From a virus (taxonomy: Duplodnaviria; Caudoviricetes), in IMG/VR virus record IMGVR_UViG_3300037608_000038, positions 1 to 40,131 of that record: a stretch of 40,131 nt of DNA. One strand, given 5' to 3'. This document shows positions 17,693-27,699 of this stretch, piece by piece (position 1 is the stretch's first letter; every line of letters starts with the position of its first letter). Under the pieces are notes generated by a model. That model ran no database searches. It was not told the DNA's origin and was given only the letters and a program-made list of their open reading frames with translations. A program made the translations under genes and the position numbers.

Positions 17693-18188
17693 CCAATAAC
17701 CGGGAAGCGCCTAGTGTACCCTGGATACCTTCCGCTATCATTCTCAACCCGTCTTTATTGGTATCATCATCTTTTAGCTTCCACTTGCCGGCAATATAAC
17801 GGGCGCAATGCCGATGGAATATCGTGCTTATTCCCGGAGTTTGGGAAAGCGCCGTTAAAGCATCCGGCGCTAATAATGATGTTATGGCATAAGTATCAGG
17901 GTTAGGGATTCGTATCTTGTCCCTATCGTAGTTTAATTCAAATTCACCAACATATTTGTCGTTGTAAGAATCCTGAATTTCCACGATCCCTAAATGCCCG
18001 GCGGTTCTGCCGTACCAGGTTTCGCTGTCGGCCACAGTTAAAGACTGTGCGCCGGTTTTGCGAAAGCCCTCAAGTACTAACTGGGGTTCTGCCAAAAAAT
18101 CATTTATCCAGGCTAAGGCGTCAGTATCCTCAATATCGTCACCGTCAAGATAAGTTTCGGCCAGAGTTTGAATTTGAGTTCCTGTCAT
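17634..18188 (-). CDS. Putative head-tail adaptor
   Basis: Size, position, MT..QI...A...L N-terminus, C-terminal P.....FH. Confidence 0.55.
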   Translation of the reverse strand: MTGTQIQTLAETYLDGDDIEDTDALAWINDFLAEPQLVLEGFRKTGAQSLTVADSETWYGRTAGHLGIVEIQDSYNDKYVGEFELNYDRDKIRIPNPDTYAITSLLAPDALTALSQTPGISTIFHRHCARYIAGKWKLKDDDTNKDGLRMIAEGIQGTLGASRLLVDQEKREQQRQKRSTWGDE

Positions 18189-18200
18189 AATAAGCCCCCC

Positions 18201-18656
18201 TTACGGGATATAGCAGTAGGACACAGAATAAGTAATACTGTCTGCGTTCCCATGTGCAGCTGCCACTCTCCATGTCCTGGACAACGGTTCATTAGCCACG
18301 GTGTTCGCCACAGCAGCACAGCCGGGATATACTGTTAAAACTACAGGGGCGGTTATTGCCGCAGTTTGCGCAGCGCTTGTTAAGATTGCACGATAATCAC
18401 CGCCAACGCTGTCTTTCTCCTGAATAGAAAAAGTTACGCTTGGGGAACCTGTGACAGCTGTTACGTCAATAAATACTTTTACGCCCCGGTTGCCGTAGTT
18501 GGTTTGCTCTGCGCTGTTATTGGTTGCGGTCCTGGCCGCACTCGCAATTAAAGCGGATTGTTCATTTTGGGCGTATACTGTGAAGCCGTCCAGCAGCCTG
18601 TTTAAGGCTCTGTTTAATACCTCTACAGCCCCGTATTGTTTTCCTGTGCCAGGCAT
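18201..18656 (-). CDS. Putative virion structural protein (beta-rich)
   Basis: ORF in the head module; A/T/V-rich. Confidence 0.55.
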   Translation of the reverse strand: MPGTGKQYGAVEVLNRALNRLLDGFTVYAQNEQSALIASAARTATNNSAEQTNYGNRGVKVFIDVTAVTGSPSVTFSIQEKDSVGGDYRAILTSAAQTAAITAPVVLTVYPGCAAVANTVANEPLSRTWRVAAAHGNADSITYSVSYCYIP

Positions 18657-18693
18657 TATAAATCACCTCATTTCGATGTCGGTTGATCACCGC

Positions 18694-19092
18694 TTATTTC
18701 TTAAGGTCCTTAGTATTGCCCCAGTTCTTTGCCAGGTTATTGGGAGCAAGGTCTGGGAATTCTTTTTCATCTTCGGCTTTCTTCCCGGGGTTCTTTTTGG
18801 TGTCCACGATTTGGACCTCTGCCTCTTCTTCTATGGGCTCAATGCGAAGGTTAGGCACCCTGCCCGCTACCTGTTCAGGTTTAAAGGCGCCATAGCGAAA
18901 GTTAATAAGTTTTCTTTCGGCGGCGGCCTTATTGGCGTTATCTCCGTTGAGGAGTTCGGGATCTCCAATAAAATGATAGGCAACATAATCCTCGATTTTA
19001 GCGGCTTTCCCCACAGGGATTATAATTTCTTTACCATTCCATTTATCTTTGAATTCTTTTTCCCCTTCGTTGATTAAAAGTACTTTAGGCAT
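18694..19092 (-). CDS. Hypothetical protein
   Basis: AAGGAGTG RBS; charged C-terminus. Confidence 0.6.
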   Translation of the reverse strand: MPKVLLINEGEKEFKDKWNGKEIIIPVGKAAKIEDYVAYHFIGDPELLNGDNANKAAAERKLINFRYGAFKPEQVAGRVPNLRIEPIEEEAEVQIVDTKKNPGKKAEDEKEFPDLAPNNLAKNWGNTKDLKK

Positions 19093-19139
19093 GCTTTCAC
19101 TCCTTATTTAAAATTTAAGGGAGGGGATTGCCCTCCCTT

Positions 19140-19922
19140 TTAAGTTACAGTAGCGCTAAACGGTGTAGCTTCAGCGCCGGTTGCAGAACCCATTACACGC
19201 ACATACCATGTATCGGTTGCAATATCGATTAACTCTACGCTATCCCCTTTTATTCCGCCTGTAGTGGTTCCGTTAAAAGTAATAGTGTCAGAGTCGGCGG
19301 CGGTTTCCCATCCTGATACAGTTGCATCAGCATCATTACAGATTATTGCTGCACCTGTCATGATATCGTTCCCTGTTACTTTTATGGTAGTGGAGTTAGA
19401 TGTTACAGTTGTGCCGATAATCAGATGGAATTTTGCCCCGCTTCCTGTGGCGGCAGGAAGTGTTATGGCTGCACCGGCTGCTTGGTTTATCGTAACAACT
19501 TTATTATCATGCGATGCTTCGGTTAAGGATAGGTTCGCGGTAGTGTTTACGACTCTGGAGGACACATCACACGCCCTATTTATTTCTGCAGTGGTTGACG
19601 TAACACCGTTTAATATGTTTATTTCCGCGGTAGTTGATGTAACGCCAGTCAGTTTATTAATTTCTGTAGCTGTAGACGTTACGCCAGTCAGTTTATTAAG
19701 CTCTGCGGTAGTTGACGTTAAACCAGCCAGTTTGTTGATTTCCGCGGTTGTTGCTGTGGCTCCAGCTAGTTTATTAAGCTCTGCGGTAGTTGCTGTTACG
19801 CTGGTCAGTTTATTTAGCTCTGCGGCTGTAGACGTTACAACAGTCCCGTTAAGTTTCAGATCCTGAACATCCATCCGCAACGTTTTCGCCCATGGGAAGA
19901 AGTAACTAAATAGTTTAATCAT
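19140..19922 (-). CDS. Putative head fibre / decoration protein with 7 x 13-aa repeats
   Basis: (V/A/L)T(S/A)TxxE(L/I)NxLxG tandem repeats; C-terminal ITLPAATGSG beta domain. Confidence 0.65.
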   Translation of the reverse strand: MIKLFSYFFPWAKTLRMDVQDLKLNGTVVTSTAAELNKLTSVTATTAELNKLAGATATTAEINKLAGLTSTTAELNKLTGVTSTATEINKLTGVTSTTAEINILNGVTSTTAEINRACDVSSRVVNTTANLSLTEASHDNKVVTINQAAGAAITLPAATGSGAKFHLIIGTTVTSNSTTIKVTGNDIMTGAAIICNDADATVSGWETAADSDTITFNGTTTGGIKGDSVELIDIATDTWYVRVMGSATGAEATPFSATVT

Positions 19923-19966
19923 ATACTAACCCCCTTTCAAAAAAAGTGGGGAGGGTTACCCTCCCC

Positions 19967-20461
19967 TTAGGATCCGGCTGTAATATAAACCGCAACGGTG
20001 TCGGCAGCGTCAATATCATCTGCCACAGCAAAGCCAAGAGGCTTATGAGTGGAAGCAGTACCGGCGGCCATCCTATCTACCACACCGTCCAAAGTAGCAT
20101 GGAGAATTACCGCATCTCCTTTGACGATATCATCCCCCGCGTCAGTAGCTACAGCAGAGTGATAACCACGCACTTGGATCCATCCATAATAGGACGCAGT
20201 AATGGCGCCTATGCCGACTCCTGCGGCAAAGTTTTGTTTGGAATCTGATATATCGGAAGTTACCTGCCCTCCATAGACGTCGACATATGACAGCGCTGTC
20301 CCGTTGGCTACGGTTGTGTCAGAGGCGGTCTGAACATACTTAAAGACACGCAGAACATTAGTGGCATCAATTACATGCCGCAGCATACCAACTTCATCTT
20401 TTGCGGCAGAATCGTTGGCGGTCAGTTCTGTGTTAAAAAGGACCCCATATAAGTTACCCAT
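19967..20461 (-). CDS. Putative capsid cement / decoration protein
   Basis: Directly after MCP; FKYVQ, YYGWIQVRG and GFAVA motifs. Confidence 0.6.
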   Translation of the reverse strand: MGNLYGVLFNTELTANDSAAKDEVGMLRHVIDATNVLRVFKYVQTASDTTVANGTALSYVDVYGGQVTSDISDSKQNFAAGVGIGAITASYYGWIQVRGYHSAVATDAGDDIVKGDAVILHATLDGVVDRMAAGTASTHKPLGFAVADDIDAADTVAVYITAGS

Positions 20462-20486
20462 TATCTTCAGCTCCTTTCTTTATATT

Positions 20487-21431
20487 TTAGGTCGTAATAC
20501 TAACAATGCGACCTTGGTACCGGCAGTTAGAGCAAGCTAGCTGACCCTTCCAGATAAATTGTCCTACGGCTACATCCTGGTTAAGAGGCTCTTTCCAGCC
20601 GGTCCATTTGGGACTTTCATACCCCTTGAGGGGATGCAGCTTGAGATAGGTTTGGTTCAGGAAAAACATCTGGCCGGTCGGAGTTTGGGCATCGACTATA
20701 ATCTTTGCGCTGTTAAATTTGATGTGCTCAAAGCCATAGTCAATACTGGACTTATTGGAATCCGAACGGATGGTAGGAGTAGCAAGCTCCCAGAGATCGT
20801 CCCATACATCTTGAGTGGTGATAATCAGTTGCGGCTTTTCTTCCCCGTCAGTCAGATCGCCATACATGGACTGCATTGCAGGCCAGCTGATGTAATCGCC
20901 TAATGAGGTATACTTTGCCTTATTCCAGGTGTAAGTGCCGCGGGCAAGCCCTCCATATGTGGCGATGTTGGTGCCATCATCAACAGCAGATTTTAACCCT
21001 GTCATTTCTTTGTTGCCGGTTCCGGTTCCGTCTGCAAATATACCGGAGGTAAGCAGATAAGACATCGATTTCCTGCCATTGTTCAGCTTATGGTTAAGCA
21101 GGTTCACAATGGCCTCTTTACCTTGGTTTTTATCTTTATCGTCCCCGGTAATGACAATAGAAACATAACTATCCACCCATTCAAATTCCAGGTGAGTGGC
21201 AGTCTCAACATTGTTGGTCAGGAAGGTGTCGGACCCCCTATACCAGCCACGGTTGGAGTTAAGCGCATACTCAACGGGGATCTGGAGCTTGGTACCGGCG
21301 TACCCGGTCTCTTGCTTGCTCTTAAATTCTTTTAAGGTGGGCGTAGCGTTGAAAATGTTGTCTATGACCTTTTTTTGTACTGCTTCATTAGTCAACGCAT
21401 TTAAGGTGTCAACGAATGACATGATATACAC
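20487..21431 (-). CDS. Major capsid protein
   Basis: IDNIFNATP, GIFADGTG..KEMTGL...V, P.LIITT, FFLN..YL.L; 314 aa; follows the scaffold. Confidence 0.85.
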   Translation of the reverse strand: MYIMSFVDTLNALTNEAVQKKVIDNIFNATPTLKEFKSKQETGYAGTKLQIPVEYALNSNRGWYRGSDTFLTNNVETATHLEFEWVDSYVSIVITGDDKDKNQGKEAIVNLLNHKLNNGRKSMSYLLTSGIFADGTGTGNKEMTGLKSAVDDGTNIATYGGLARGTYTWNKAKYTSLGDYISWPAMQSMYGDLTDGEEKPQLIITTQDVWDDLWELATPTIRSDSNKSSIDYGFEHIKFNSAKIIVDAQTPTGQMFFLNQTYLKLHPLKGYESPKWTGWKEPLNQDVAVGQFIWKGQLACSNCRYQGRIVSITT

Positions 21432-21476
21432 TTCCTTTCATGTAAAATGAAAACGCCCCCCTTTTTGGGTGAGCGT

Positions 21477-22193
21477 TTATTTTTTAAATACTTCTTCAGC
21501 CGCCGCATTCAGGGCATCCTTCAAACTGTTAAACTTGGGGATCTGGGCGGCTGTCTGTGCTGGTCCCATAACCTTGCCTTTATGCTTCATCTTGAGGTCG
21601 TTCATTACTTTGGACTCCACCCACTTAGCAAACTTATCTTTCAAGATTCCTCGGGTGGCCAGGCTATAGGCGTCATCTAGGGATATAACCTTGCCATTAA
21701 TAGCATACTGCTCCTGGAGATCCTTGAGTGATTCAATATCATCCTGGGTAGGTTCGGCGCCAAAATCAGTTTTCCATAGCTTTTTAACCTGGCCTTCTTC
21801 CCGTTCCATTAGGAGCGCATCAACTCGCGGATCATACTGGTATTGCCCCGGCTGTTGTTGATATTGCTGTTGTTGTTGCTGTTGTTGATATCCTTGCTGG
21901 CCCAAGCCTTCCTCGTAGCTGTTTAGGGTATGACGGACCAAGTACGGTAGGGTTACGTTGTACCTTTTAGCCATATTCTCGAAATCAACAAGGTTAATTC
22001 CTGCTTTTTCCAAGGTTCTGCGTTCCCGGGCTATCCTTTTAGTGACCATCTCATTAACCTGGTCTTGAGTGAATGTAACCGGCTGTGTATCCTGCGGCTG
22101 CAGCTGGCCGTCAACTGCAGTTTCATCCGGCTGTTGTAGGTCGCCGTCACTCGCCTGGTCATCCAGGGGTTGGGTTAAGATATCGTCTTCCAT
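21477..22193 (-). CDS. Scaffolding protein
   Basis: Acidic N-terminus, TFTQDQVNEMVTKRIARE scaffold motif, between portal and MCP. Confidence 0.75.
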   Translation of the reverse strand: MEDDILTQPLDDQASDGDLQQPDETAVDGQLQPQDTQPVTFTQDQVNEMVTKRIARERRTLEKAGINLVDFENMAKRYNVTLPYLVRHTLNSYEEGLGQQGYQQQQQQQQYQQQPGQYQYDPRVDALLMEREEGQVKKLWKTDFGAEPTQDDIESLKDLQEQYAINGKVISLDDAYSLATRGILKDKFAKWVESKVMNDLKMKHKGKVMGPAQTAAQIPKFNSLKDALNAAAEEVFKK

Positions 22194-22282
22194 TTAATAT
22201 AACCTCCCGTTTTAGGGCCGTCGCCCATTTTATCCATGCAGAGTTTTATGCCGTCAGCACGTTTTAGGCATAAAAAAAGGCC

Positions 22283-24118
22283 CTACTGGACCTGCATATT
22301 ACCACCCATTTGTTGAGCCATCTGGGCCTGTTTCATGGCGTTTTGTTCCATCCTGGCTTTTATTTCCTGATAATTCTTAATTCCATAGCGCCGCGCTATT
22401 TCTTCCTGATCGATAACTCCGCTTCGCAATAGGAATTCGGAATCTTGGCGTTCCTGATTCCTGCTCACTGATGCGGCAGCGCCTACCTCCAGGATTATAT
22501 CCAGTTGGACAGACTCGGCCGGAGCCATAACCGGCTGCCCTGTTTCGTCCACCTCTCCGGTGTCCTGCAGATACATCTGCTGCTCTGGGTTATATTGGGA
22601 GTTAGGATAAAATTCCTGATTGCTAAACTCTATAAAGTCATATCTACGAGAGCCTGTTACTACGTCCTGACCCATGGGGTCCATGATTCCTGTGCCGGGC
22701 TCCGGTTGTTGTGCTTTAACCGGGAAATCGCCTGTTATTCTGATCTGCCGGGTGTCGGTATAATATTGTTTCATCCGGCTTATGAATTTCTCGCCAACCT
22801 GCTTGATGGCCACGTCTACGTTCCGGGCTTTTTTACGTATCCTGGCTAGCGCAAATTCCTGGAGTTTGCCAAGAGCTACTCCGGATTGCCCGGAAGATGC
22901 CGGACGTCCCTGTAAGACCTCGCGGATCCCTGAAATAATTTCCAAGTCAGATTTGCAGGTATCCAGCCATTGAAATATTGATTGCGGCCAGGGCGGGGGA
23001 GCATTTACGGTAAAGTCTCCGCCTTTGTTCTTTTTAACCAGGGCTGCTTCCAGATTCTCTAAGGTGTCCTCTTTGATGTTGCACTCATCGTCATAAACTA
23101 TAGTGGTATGGCAGGTGTGGCGAATATAATCATTGAGCCGCGATACTATTTTGTTGATATCGTTGTTAATCTCTATCAGGTATTCCACGTCGCCCTGGGG
23201 AAAGAATGAGTCTGACTGCAAGTAGTTAGGGACCATGACATAGGGGAATTCTCCATCTTCAAAGGGATTATGACAGTCATCCGGGTTAAGCCAAATATCC
23301 CCGGCAATTACTACTTTCTTCCCGTTTGGATATTTCAGGGCTCCTTCCTCACGGGTAACATTCCCCAACTCATCCCGCTCCTCTTTTTCATACACGGAAT
23401 CGTCCTTCATCCAGCATTCCAGCATCTTGGCCCGGTAGTGCACCGCTTCACTAGTCACGTCTGCCGAGAAGTATTCCCTGGCGGTTTCCGTTGATATTTT
23501 GTCCTGGTTGTTTACGGAAATACTTTCGTCTCCCTTGACGTATTTCCCCAGCTTAGGAAATATCTTGCGTATCATCCACAGAGGAGCATCTGTCTCCTGA
23601 ATCATATACCGGCAGGTTTTATGCGAGGTTGCATCCGGATCCGGCCATAGGTGCAGGGGATGGACCACATCAACGACAATTTCGCCATGGGGATAGTTAA
23701 TCATGGGGTCAAAGTAGATTTTCAGCCAGCCCAAACCTGATATAAGGTGGTCCCTTTCGGCTATTTCCAGTTTGGAATTCATCTCTGTAACTTCCCATAT
23801 CCAATCTAGGACCTGTTTGCCTTTTTCTGCCAGCCCGACATCATCACGGGTACGGGGCCAGCAGTCTAATGCGGGTTTGCCGTCAGTCAGCAGAGCTAGC
23901 GCATCCTCTACGGAGGCGAAGATATAGTTCCGTCGGGAGTTAGCTTTGGTGCGGGTCTTTTTCTTGTCCTCATAGGACTTTTTATAGGCCTCATAGCACT
24001 TTTCTATAATGGCTTTGCGGTCTGCGTACGCGGATTTGGAGTTGCTGTACCAGTTTCTAACCAAGTTGACCATGGCTATTTGCTCCTGGGTCTGCTGAAG
24101 GTCATCCAATAGCTTCAC
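22283..24118 (-). CDS. Portal protein (P22-like)
   Basis: 611 aa after TerL; GLGWLK, P.H.WPDP.A, FPYV, ISGI....QG, SG.AL motifs. Confidence 0.85.
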   Translation of the reverse strand: MKLLDDLQQTQEQIAMVNLVRNWYSNSKSAYADRKAIIEKCYEAYKKSYEDKKKTRTKANSRRNYIFASVEDALALLTDGKPALDCWPRTRDDVGLAEKGKQVLDWIWEVTEMNSKLEIAERDHLISGLGWLKIYFDPMINYPHGEIVVDVVHPLHLWPDPDATSHKTCRYMIQETDAPLWMIRKIFPKLGKYVKGDESISVNNQDKISTETAREYFSADVTSEAVHYRAKMLECWMKDDSVYEKEERDELGNVTREEGALKYPNGKKVVIAGDIWLNPDDCHNPFEDGEFPYVMVPNYLQSDSFFPQGDVEYLIEINNDINKIVSRLNDYIRHTCHTTIVYDDECNIKEDTLENLEAALVKKNKGGDFTVNAPPPWPQSIFQWLDTCKSDLEIISGIREVLQGRPASSGQSGVALGKLQEFALARIRKKARNVDVAIKQVGEKFISRMKQYYTDTRQIRITGDFPVKAQQPEPGTGIMDPMGQDVVTGSRRYDFIEFSNQEFYPNSQYNPEQQMYLQDTGEVDETGQPVMAPAESVQLDIILEVGAAASVSRNQERQDSEFLLRSGVIDQEEIARRYGIKNYQEIKARMEQNAMKQAQMAQQMGGNMQVQ

Positions 24119-24136
24119 CTCCCTAAAAGCAAGGGC

Positions 24137-25699
24137 TTAATTTATCCTCACTTTGTGTTTCTCTTTGCTCCCGCCAATCTGGCGGGCTATCCAGTAGTAT
24201 ACCGTACTGTGCGCGAAATGGTCCGGGCCGGAATGCTCCCAGGTATAAATCCCTTTTTCCTCATCGGACATCAGATACATTGACTCCCAGTGGTCTACAT
24301 ATGATTCATTCTTTCTGATTCCGGACCCGCCCACCAACATCGGCTCGTTATGCGGCATATAAAAGTTGATTTTCCCAGCTTGCATATCCTTGATTACCAT
24401 ATCGATGCAGGCCGTCCGTTTAGCTAATACCACCTGCTCAGCGTAATCCACTTCGTAATGGTCCAGGCTCTTAGGTTTTCTAGCGCTCTCCTGGGTATCG
24501 TAATAACAGAGCTTTACTTTGCCCGGGTAATTTTTGCGGAACTCTGTCGCCTTGGTCGTTTCCGGCAACGCGTCTATCACCACTTGCCGAGGCTGGTAGA
24601 GGTTCATCAGAGCTTCCACGTCTGCCCAGCTGCAGGCCAGCATCTTTGTAATCCCGGTATCGTTCCCAATGGTGACATGCAGCCTGCCTCCTACGTCTAT
24701 CCCGAAAAATACGTTGCTTAAATCAGGCTTGTCCGCTCTGATATTCCGGAGGATCATGTCTCTGTTAATCGTCACGTCTGCGCCGATATATGGCTTGCCC
24801 AAATCAAAGTTGTTGAAATATTGCGGGGTTGTTTCCATCTCGTCGTTGATGAGGTCGGCACAGGGTATCCAGGGAGCTATCATCTTGCTCATCCAATAGC
24901 CTGATACTTCCCTGCCGGGATATTTGGCCACCCATTTCCCTTGCCGGCGCATATCGTCTGTTATCTCCCGCCCACAGTGGATGCAGATATACCGTTTGCC
25001 TTCATAATCCACATTTTGGGGCCAGTCTAAATATTGCCAGCCTCCAAAGTTGCCCGTGCCGCATTCACATTTTAGGAACCAATGTTTTTGGTCAGATTTT
25101 AGCCACCACTCATCTACACCGCGTTTAGGAGCCGTAGGGTTGGAAAAAAACCATCTCCTGCCATATGTGCTATGACCTAGACGGCTTTTGTATGTCCCAA
25201 CGACCTCCAGATTGCTTCTGTCGACCTCATCATGCAGCAGGATATCCGCTGTTGTTGAGATGCCTTCTTTCTCACCGTGCGTGCCGCCAAAGTGCCAAAA
25301 TCCGTTTCCGATCTGCTTTAGGGTCATGTTGTTTTTGTCCGGCTTGTATCCGTTTTGCTCCAGCAGTGGGTCTACTTTGGCCGGGACGAATTTGCGCACA
25401 TCATTTTGTAGGGTCGGCAGTGTATAGATGATGTTGTAGCCATATCTCTCGAGGAGCCATATGCATTTTAAAATAAAGATTGTGCTGATTCCTATTTGTG
25501 CCGCCTTGCGGATTGCCATTATCAGACTAAAATCCTCCCAGATGTCCCGCTGAAACTCATGGTCAGCCAGGGTGATTAGCTGCCCTTTTTCATTTTTTTT
25601 GCTTAGCGCCCAAGAGAGTATCGCTCTTTGGGTTTTTAACGTCAAGTAGTGGAGTAGTTCCTCCTTTTGTCTTCGCGTCATGGACGTCATTTTTATCAA
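24137..25699 (-). CDS. terL: Terminase large subunit (GpA-like ATPase)
   Basis: Walker A KAAQIGIS, Walker B LLHDEVD, SNPT coupling motif, GIDVG and DHFAH nuclease motifs. Confidence 0.9.
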   Translation of the reverse strand: MIKMTSMTRRQKEELLHYLTLKTQRAILSWALSKKNEKGQLITLADHEFQRDIWEDFSLIMAIRKAAQIGISTIFILKCIWLLERYGYNIIYTLPTLQNDVRKFVPAKVDPLLEQNGYKPDKNNMTLKQIGNGFWHFGGTHGEKEGISTTADILLHDEVDRSNLEVVGTYKSRLGHSTYGRRWFFSNPTAPKRGVDEWWLKSDQKHWFLKCECGTGNFGGWQYLDWPQNVDYEGKRYICIHCGREITDDMRRQGKWVAKYPGREVSGYWMSKMIAPWIPCADLINDEMETTPQYFNNFDLGKPYIGADVTINRDMILRNIRADKPDLSNVFFGIDVGGRLHVTIGNDTGITKMLACSWADVEALMNLYQPRQVVIDALPETTKATEFRKNYPGKVKLCYYDTQESARKPKSLDHYEVDYAEQVVLAKRTACIDMVIKDMQAGKINFYMPHNEPMLVGGSGIRKNESYVDHWESMYLMSDEEKGIYTWEHSGPDHFAHSTVYYWIARQIGGSKEKHKVRIN

Positions 25700-25736
25700 C
25701 CCCGTATTTTTTGATACTTTGTCCGCGTACGGTGGA

Positions 25737-25895
25737 CTAGTCCTCTATCTCCTCGTCCCTCTTGGCTCTCATTGCCTTGTGTTTTGGCTTTGGTAGCGTT
25801 GTTACCGGCGATTCACCCCTGCCGGCCTTAAAATAAATATACGCTCCGGCAAACATCGCCAAGAGCGTACCTAGTGACCCTATCATATACTCCAT
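25737..25895 (-). CDS. Small single-TM protein (52 aa) between terS and terL
   Basis: Read manually: MEYMIGSLGTLLAMFAGAYIYFK...; GGAGGTG RBS. Confidence 0.55.
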   Translation of the reverse strand: MEYMIGSLGTLLAMFAGAYIYFKAGRGESPVTTLPKPKHKAMRAKRDEEIED

Positions 25896-26362
25896 CATCT
25901 CACCTCCATCAGGGCCTGGATCCGCTTATCCAGCTCCTCATCCGTCAGCTTGCCGACCTCCTCCGTCCTAAAGGGCCTGCCGTCTTTATTTCCAATTTCT
26001 ACCTTATCGGTAAACATGCCCAGATGCTTGCCCATCAGCTCTAGAGCTTTGATTTTATCATTCATTTTGATCTCTATGGACTCTTTACCGGCAGAGATCG
26101 CAAACGCTACTTTGGCAAGCTCTGCCAGCACTTTTTCGACGGTGACAAAATTGCGATTTGCAAATTTGTCGGTGAGCTCTTGGAGTCTTGCCTGTATCTT
26201 GTCATTTCCGGCCAATCTGCAGGCCTTCTCATCTATCGTTTTATTTGTCATATTTTCGCAACCATATGCTTTTCTGTAAGCCTCTCTCTGGGTCAGTCCA
26301 GCAAAAAGGCCTTGTGCATATTTCTCTTGTTTTGCTGTGAGTTTCTCTGCCATATTTGCCAC
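25895..26362 (-). CDS. terS: Terminase small subunit
   Basis: LTAKQEKY...AYRKAY...VLAELAKVAF...DKIKALELMGKHLGMFTDKVE. Confidence 0.9.
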   Translation of the reverse strand: MANMAEKLTAKQEKYAQGLFAGLTQREAYRKAYGCENMTNKTIDEKACRLAGNDKIQARLQELTDKFANRNFVTVEKVLAELAKVAFAISAGKESIEIKMNDKIKALELMGKHLGMFTDKVEIGNKDGRPFRTEEVGKLTDEELDKRIQALMEVR

Positions 26363-26462
26363 CTCCGGACATTATTCCCCATTTATCGTCTATTGTTCGT
26401 GTTTTATAATATTCTCCAGTGATTTTTGAGACAAATATTTTCTAAAATTCGCGTTTTGCGTG

Positions 26463-26499
26463 TTGACATCTGTTTTGATTTTTGGTATACTTAAATCAA
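26463..26499 (+). promoter_or_regulatory. Strong SigA promoter with operator inverted repeat
   Basis: TTGACA-17-TATACT with TG extension; TTGATTT-N11-AAATCAA straddles the -10. Confidence 0.8.
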
Positions 26500-26546
26500 G
26501 ATAAAGGCGCGGGAGAAAAAAGACTCCGGCCAGCAGGGGGTTTAAA

Positions 26547-26783
26547 ATGGATAAATTAGTTATAGGCAAAGATTATGGTCCCATATTTGGACTAAATGCG
26601 GGGACCGGGCAAAAAATGGTATACAACGGTGGTATAAATTGGACAGCTATTAATGGTGATTTGCAGCAGACCGATGATAGCCGCGAGGCCACTGACGAGG
26701 CAATCAATCATTTATATTTAATGCCCGACTACAAAAGCGACACAGAAATAATCGGAAATATTGGCTACAGGAGGGGTAAGTAA
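26547..26783 (+). CDS. Small hypothetical protein (78 aa), Acr candidate
   Basis: First gene after the strong promoter; AGGGGG RBS. Confidence 0.7.
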   Translation: MDKLVIGKDYGPIFGLNAGTGQKMVYNGGINWTAINGDLQQTDDSREATDEAINHLYLMPDYKSDTEIIGNIGYRRGK

Positions 26784-27349
26784 TGAAAAGATATACTAAT
26801 GGGATACCTAGTAGTTTACAGTTTGTTGAGGTCACTGGCGACGATGGTACTTTTTATGATTTGTGCCGCACGTTTGAGGTAAGCAAACATGTTGATATGC
26901 TAACAGCTGGGGGTTATGCCGCAGCGCCCATAAATACAAAAGATGTTCCGCCTTGCCAATTTCGTGATTTCTCCAATGGTTTGGGATCATATGCTGACGC
27001 TATATGGGACAGCGGTAAAGATTTTTACCACTGGGGCGGCAAACGCCCCGGCTCCGGGCGGAAACCGCTGGCAGAAAAGCGTAAGCGATACACCTTCCGG
27101 CTCACCGAGCCGGAACACAAAAAAGCCAGGGAATACATCGCCGAAATGAAGTCCCGGCATACTAAAAGAAAGGAGGAAGAAAAAATGGCTACTTTATATC
27201 ATGGGGATGAGTATTTAGGCGAAATTATCACCAACCAAAGCCTGTCAGTTGAGGACGCTTGCGAGTTACTTAATATTGACATCAACGAAATGGATGAATA
27301 TGGGAATGAATCGGTATGGGACTACGAATTATTTAGATTAGTTTACTAA
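26783..27349 (+). CDS. Multi-domain protein with GGxRxGxGRK / RHH-like DNA-binding segment; an internal RBS and ATG at 27185 gives a 54-aa acidic protein
   Basis: WGGKRPGSGRKP...YTFRLTEPEH...REYI; AAGGAGG before the in-frame ATG at 27185. Confidence 0.65.
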   Translation: MKRYTNGIPSSLQFVEVTGDDGTFYDLCRTFEVSKHVDMLTAGGYAAAPINTKDVPPCQFRDFSNGLGSYADAIWDSGKDFYHWGGKRPGSGRKPLAEKRKRYTFRLTEPEHKKAREYIAEMKSRHTKRKEEEKMATLYHGDEYLGEIITNQSLSVEDACELLNIDINEMDEYGNESVWDYELFRLVY

Positions 27350-27446
27350 AAAAGGAGGAATAAAAAATAGCCGCCACCCCGCAAAGATGACCGGCTATTT
27401 CCCCAACCGACTTGACAAAGGGCAAGCGGTAAGAAGGAGTAAGAAA

Positions 27447-27620
27447 ATGAGAACCACGTACACATCACAATACGGCAAAATTATTAAACAGTGTCCTGGA
27501 CTGCATGAGTATTGGTATCACGGGAAATTAGTAGCGCGTGGGAGCAGTATATCCGCCCCACACCCATCTTGCCCGCCAACACCGGAGGACTGGCAGTTTT
27601 GCCGCTCCCTTAGGGATTAG
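27447..27620 (+). CDS. Small hypothetical protein (57 aa)
   Basis: AAGGAG RBS before MRTTYTS; followed by a terminator at about 27628-27657. Confidence 0.6.
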   Translation: MRTTYTSQYGKIIKQCPGLHEYWYHGKLVARGSSISAPHPSCPPTPEDWQFCRSLRD

Positions 27621-27699
27621 CCCCGGAAGAGAGAGGGGTTTTGTCCTCTCTCTTTTTCTCCTCATAGGTACGATTCTTTTTTTGTTTGTTTGTTTGTTT

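Noticed and set aside
19264-19866. Long antisense ORFs here and at 9836-10357, 10484-11056, 18499-19077 and 5422-6009
   Set aside because: Shadows of well-supported minus-strand genes, with no recognisable motifs
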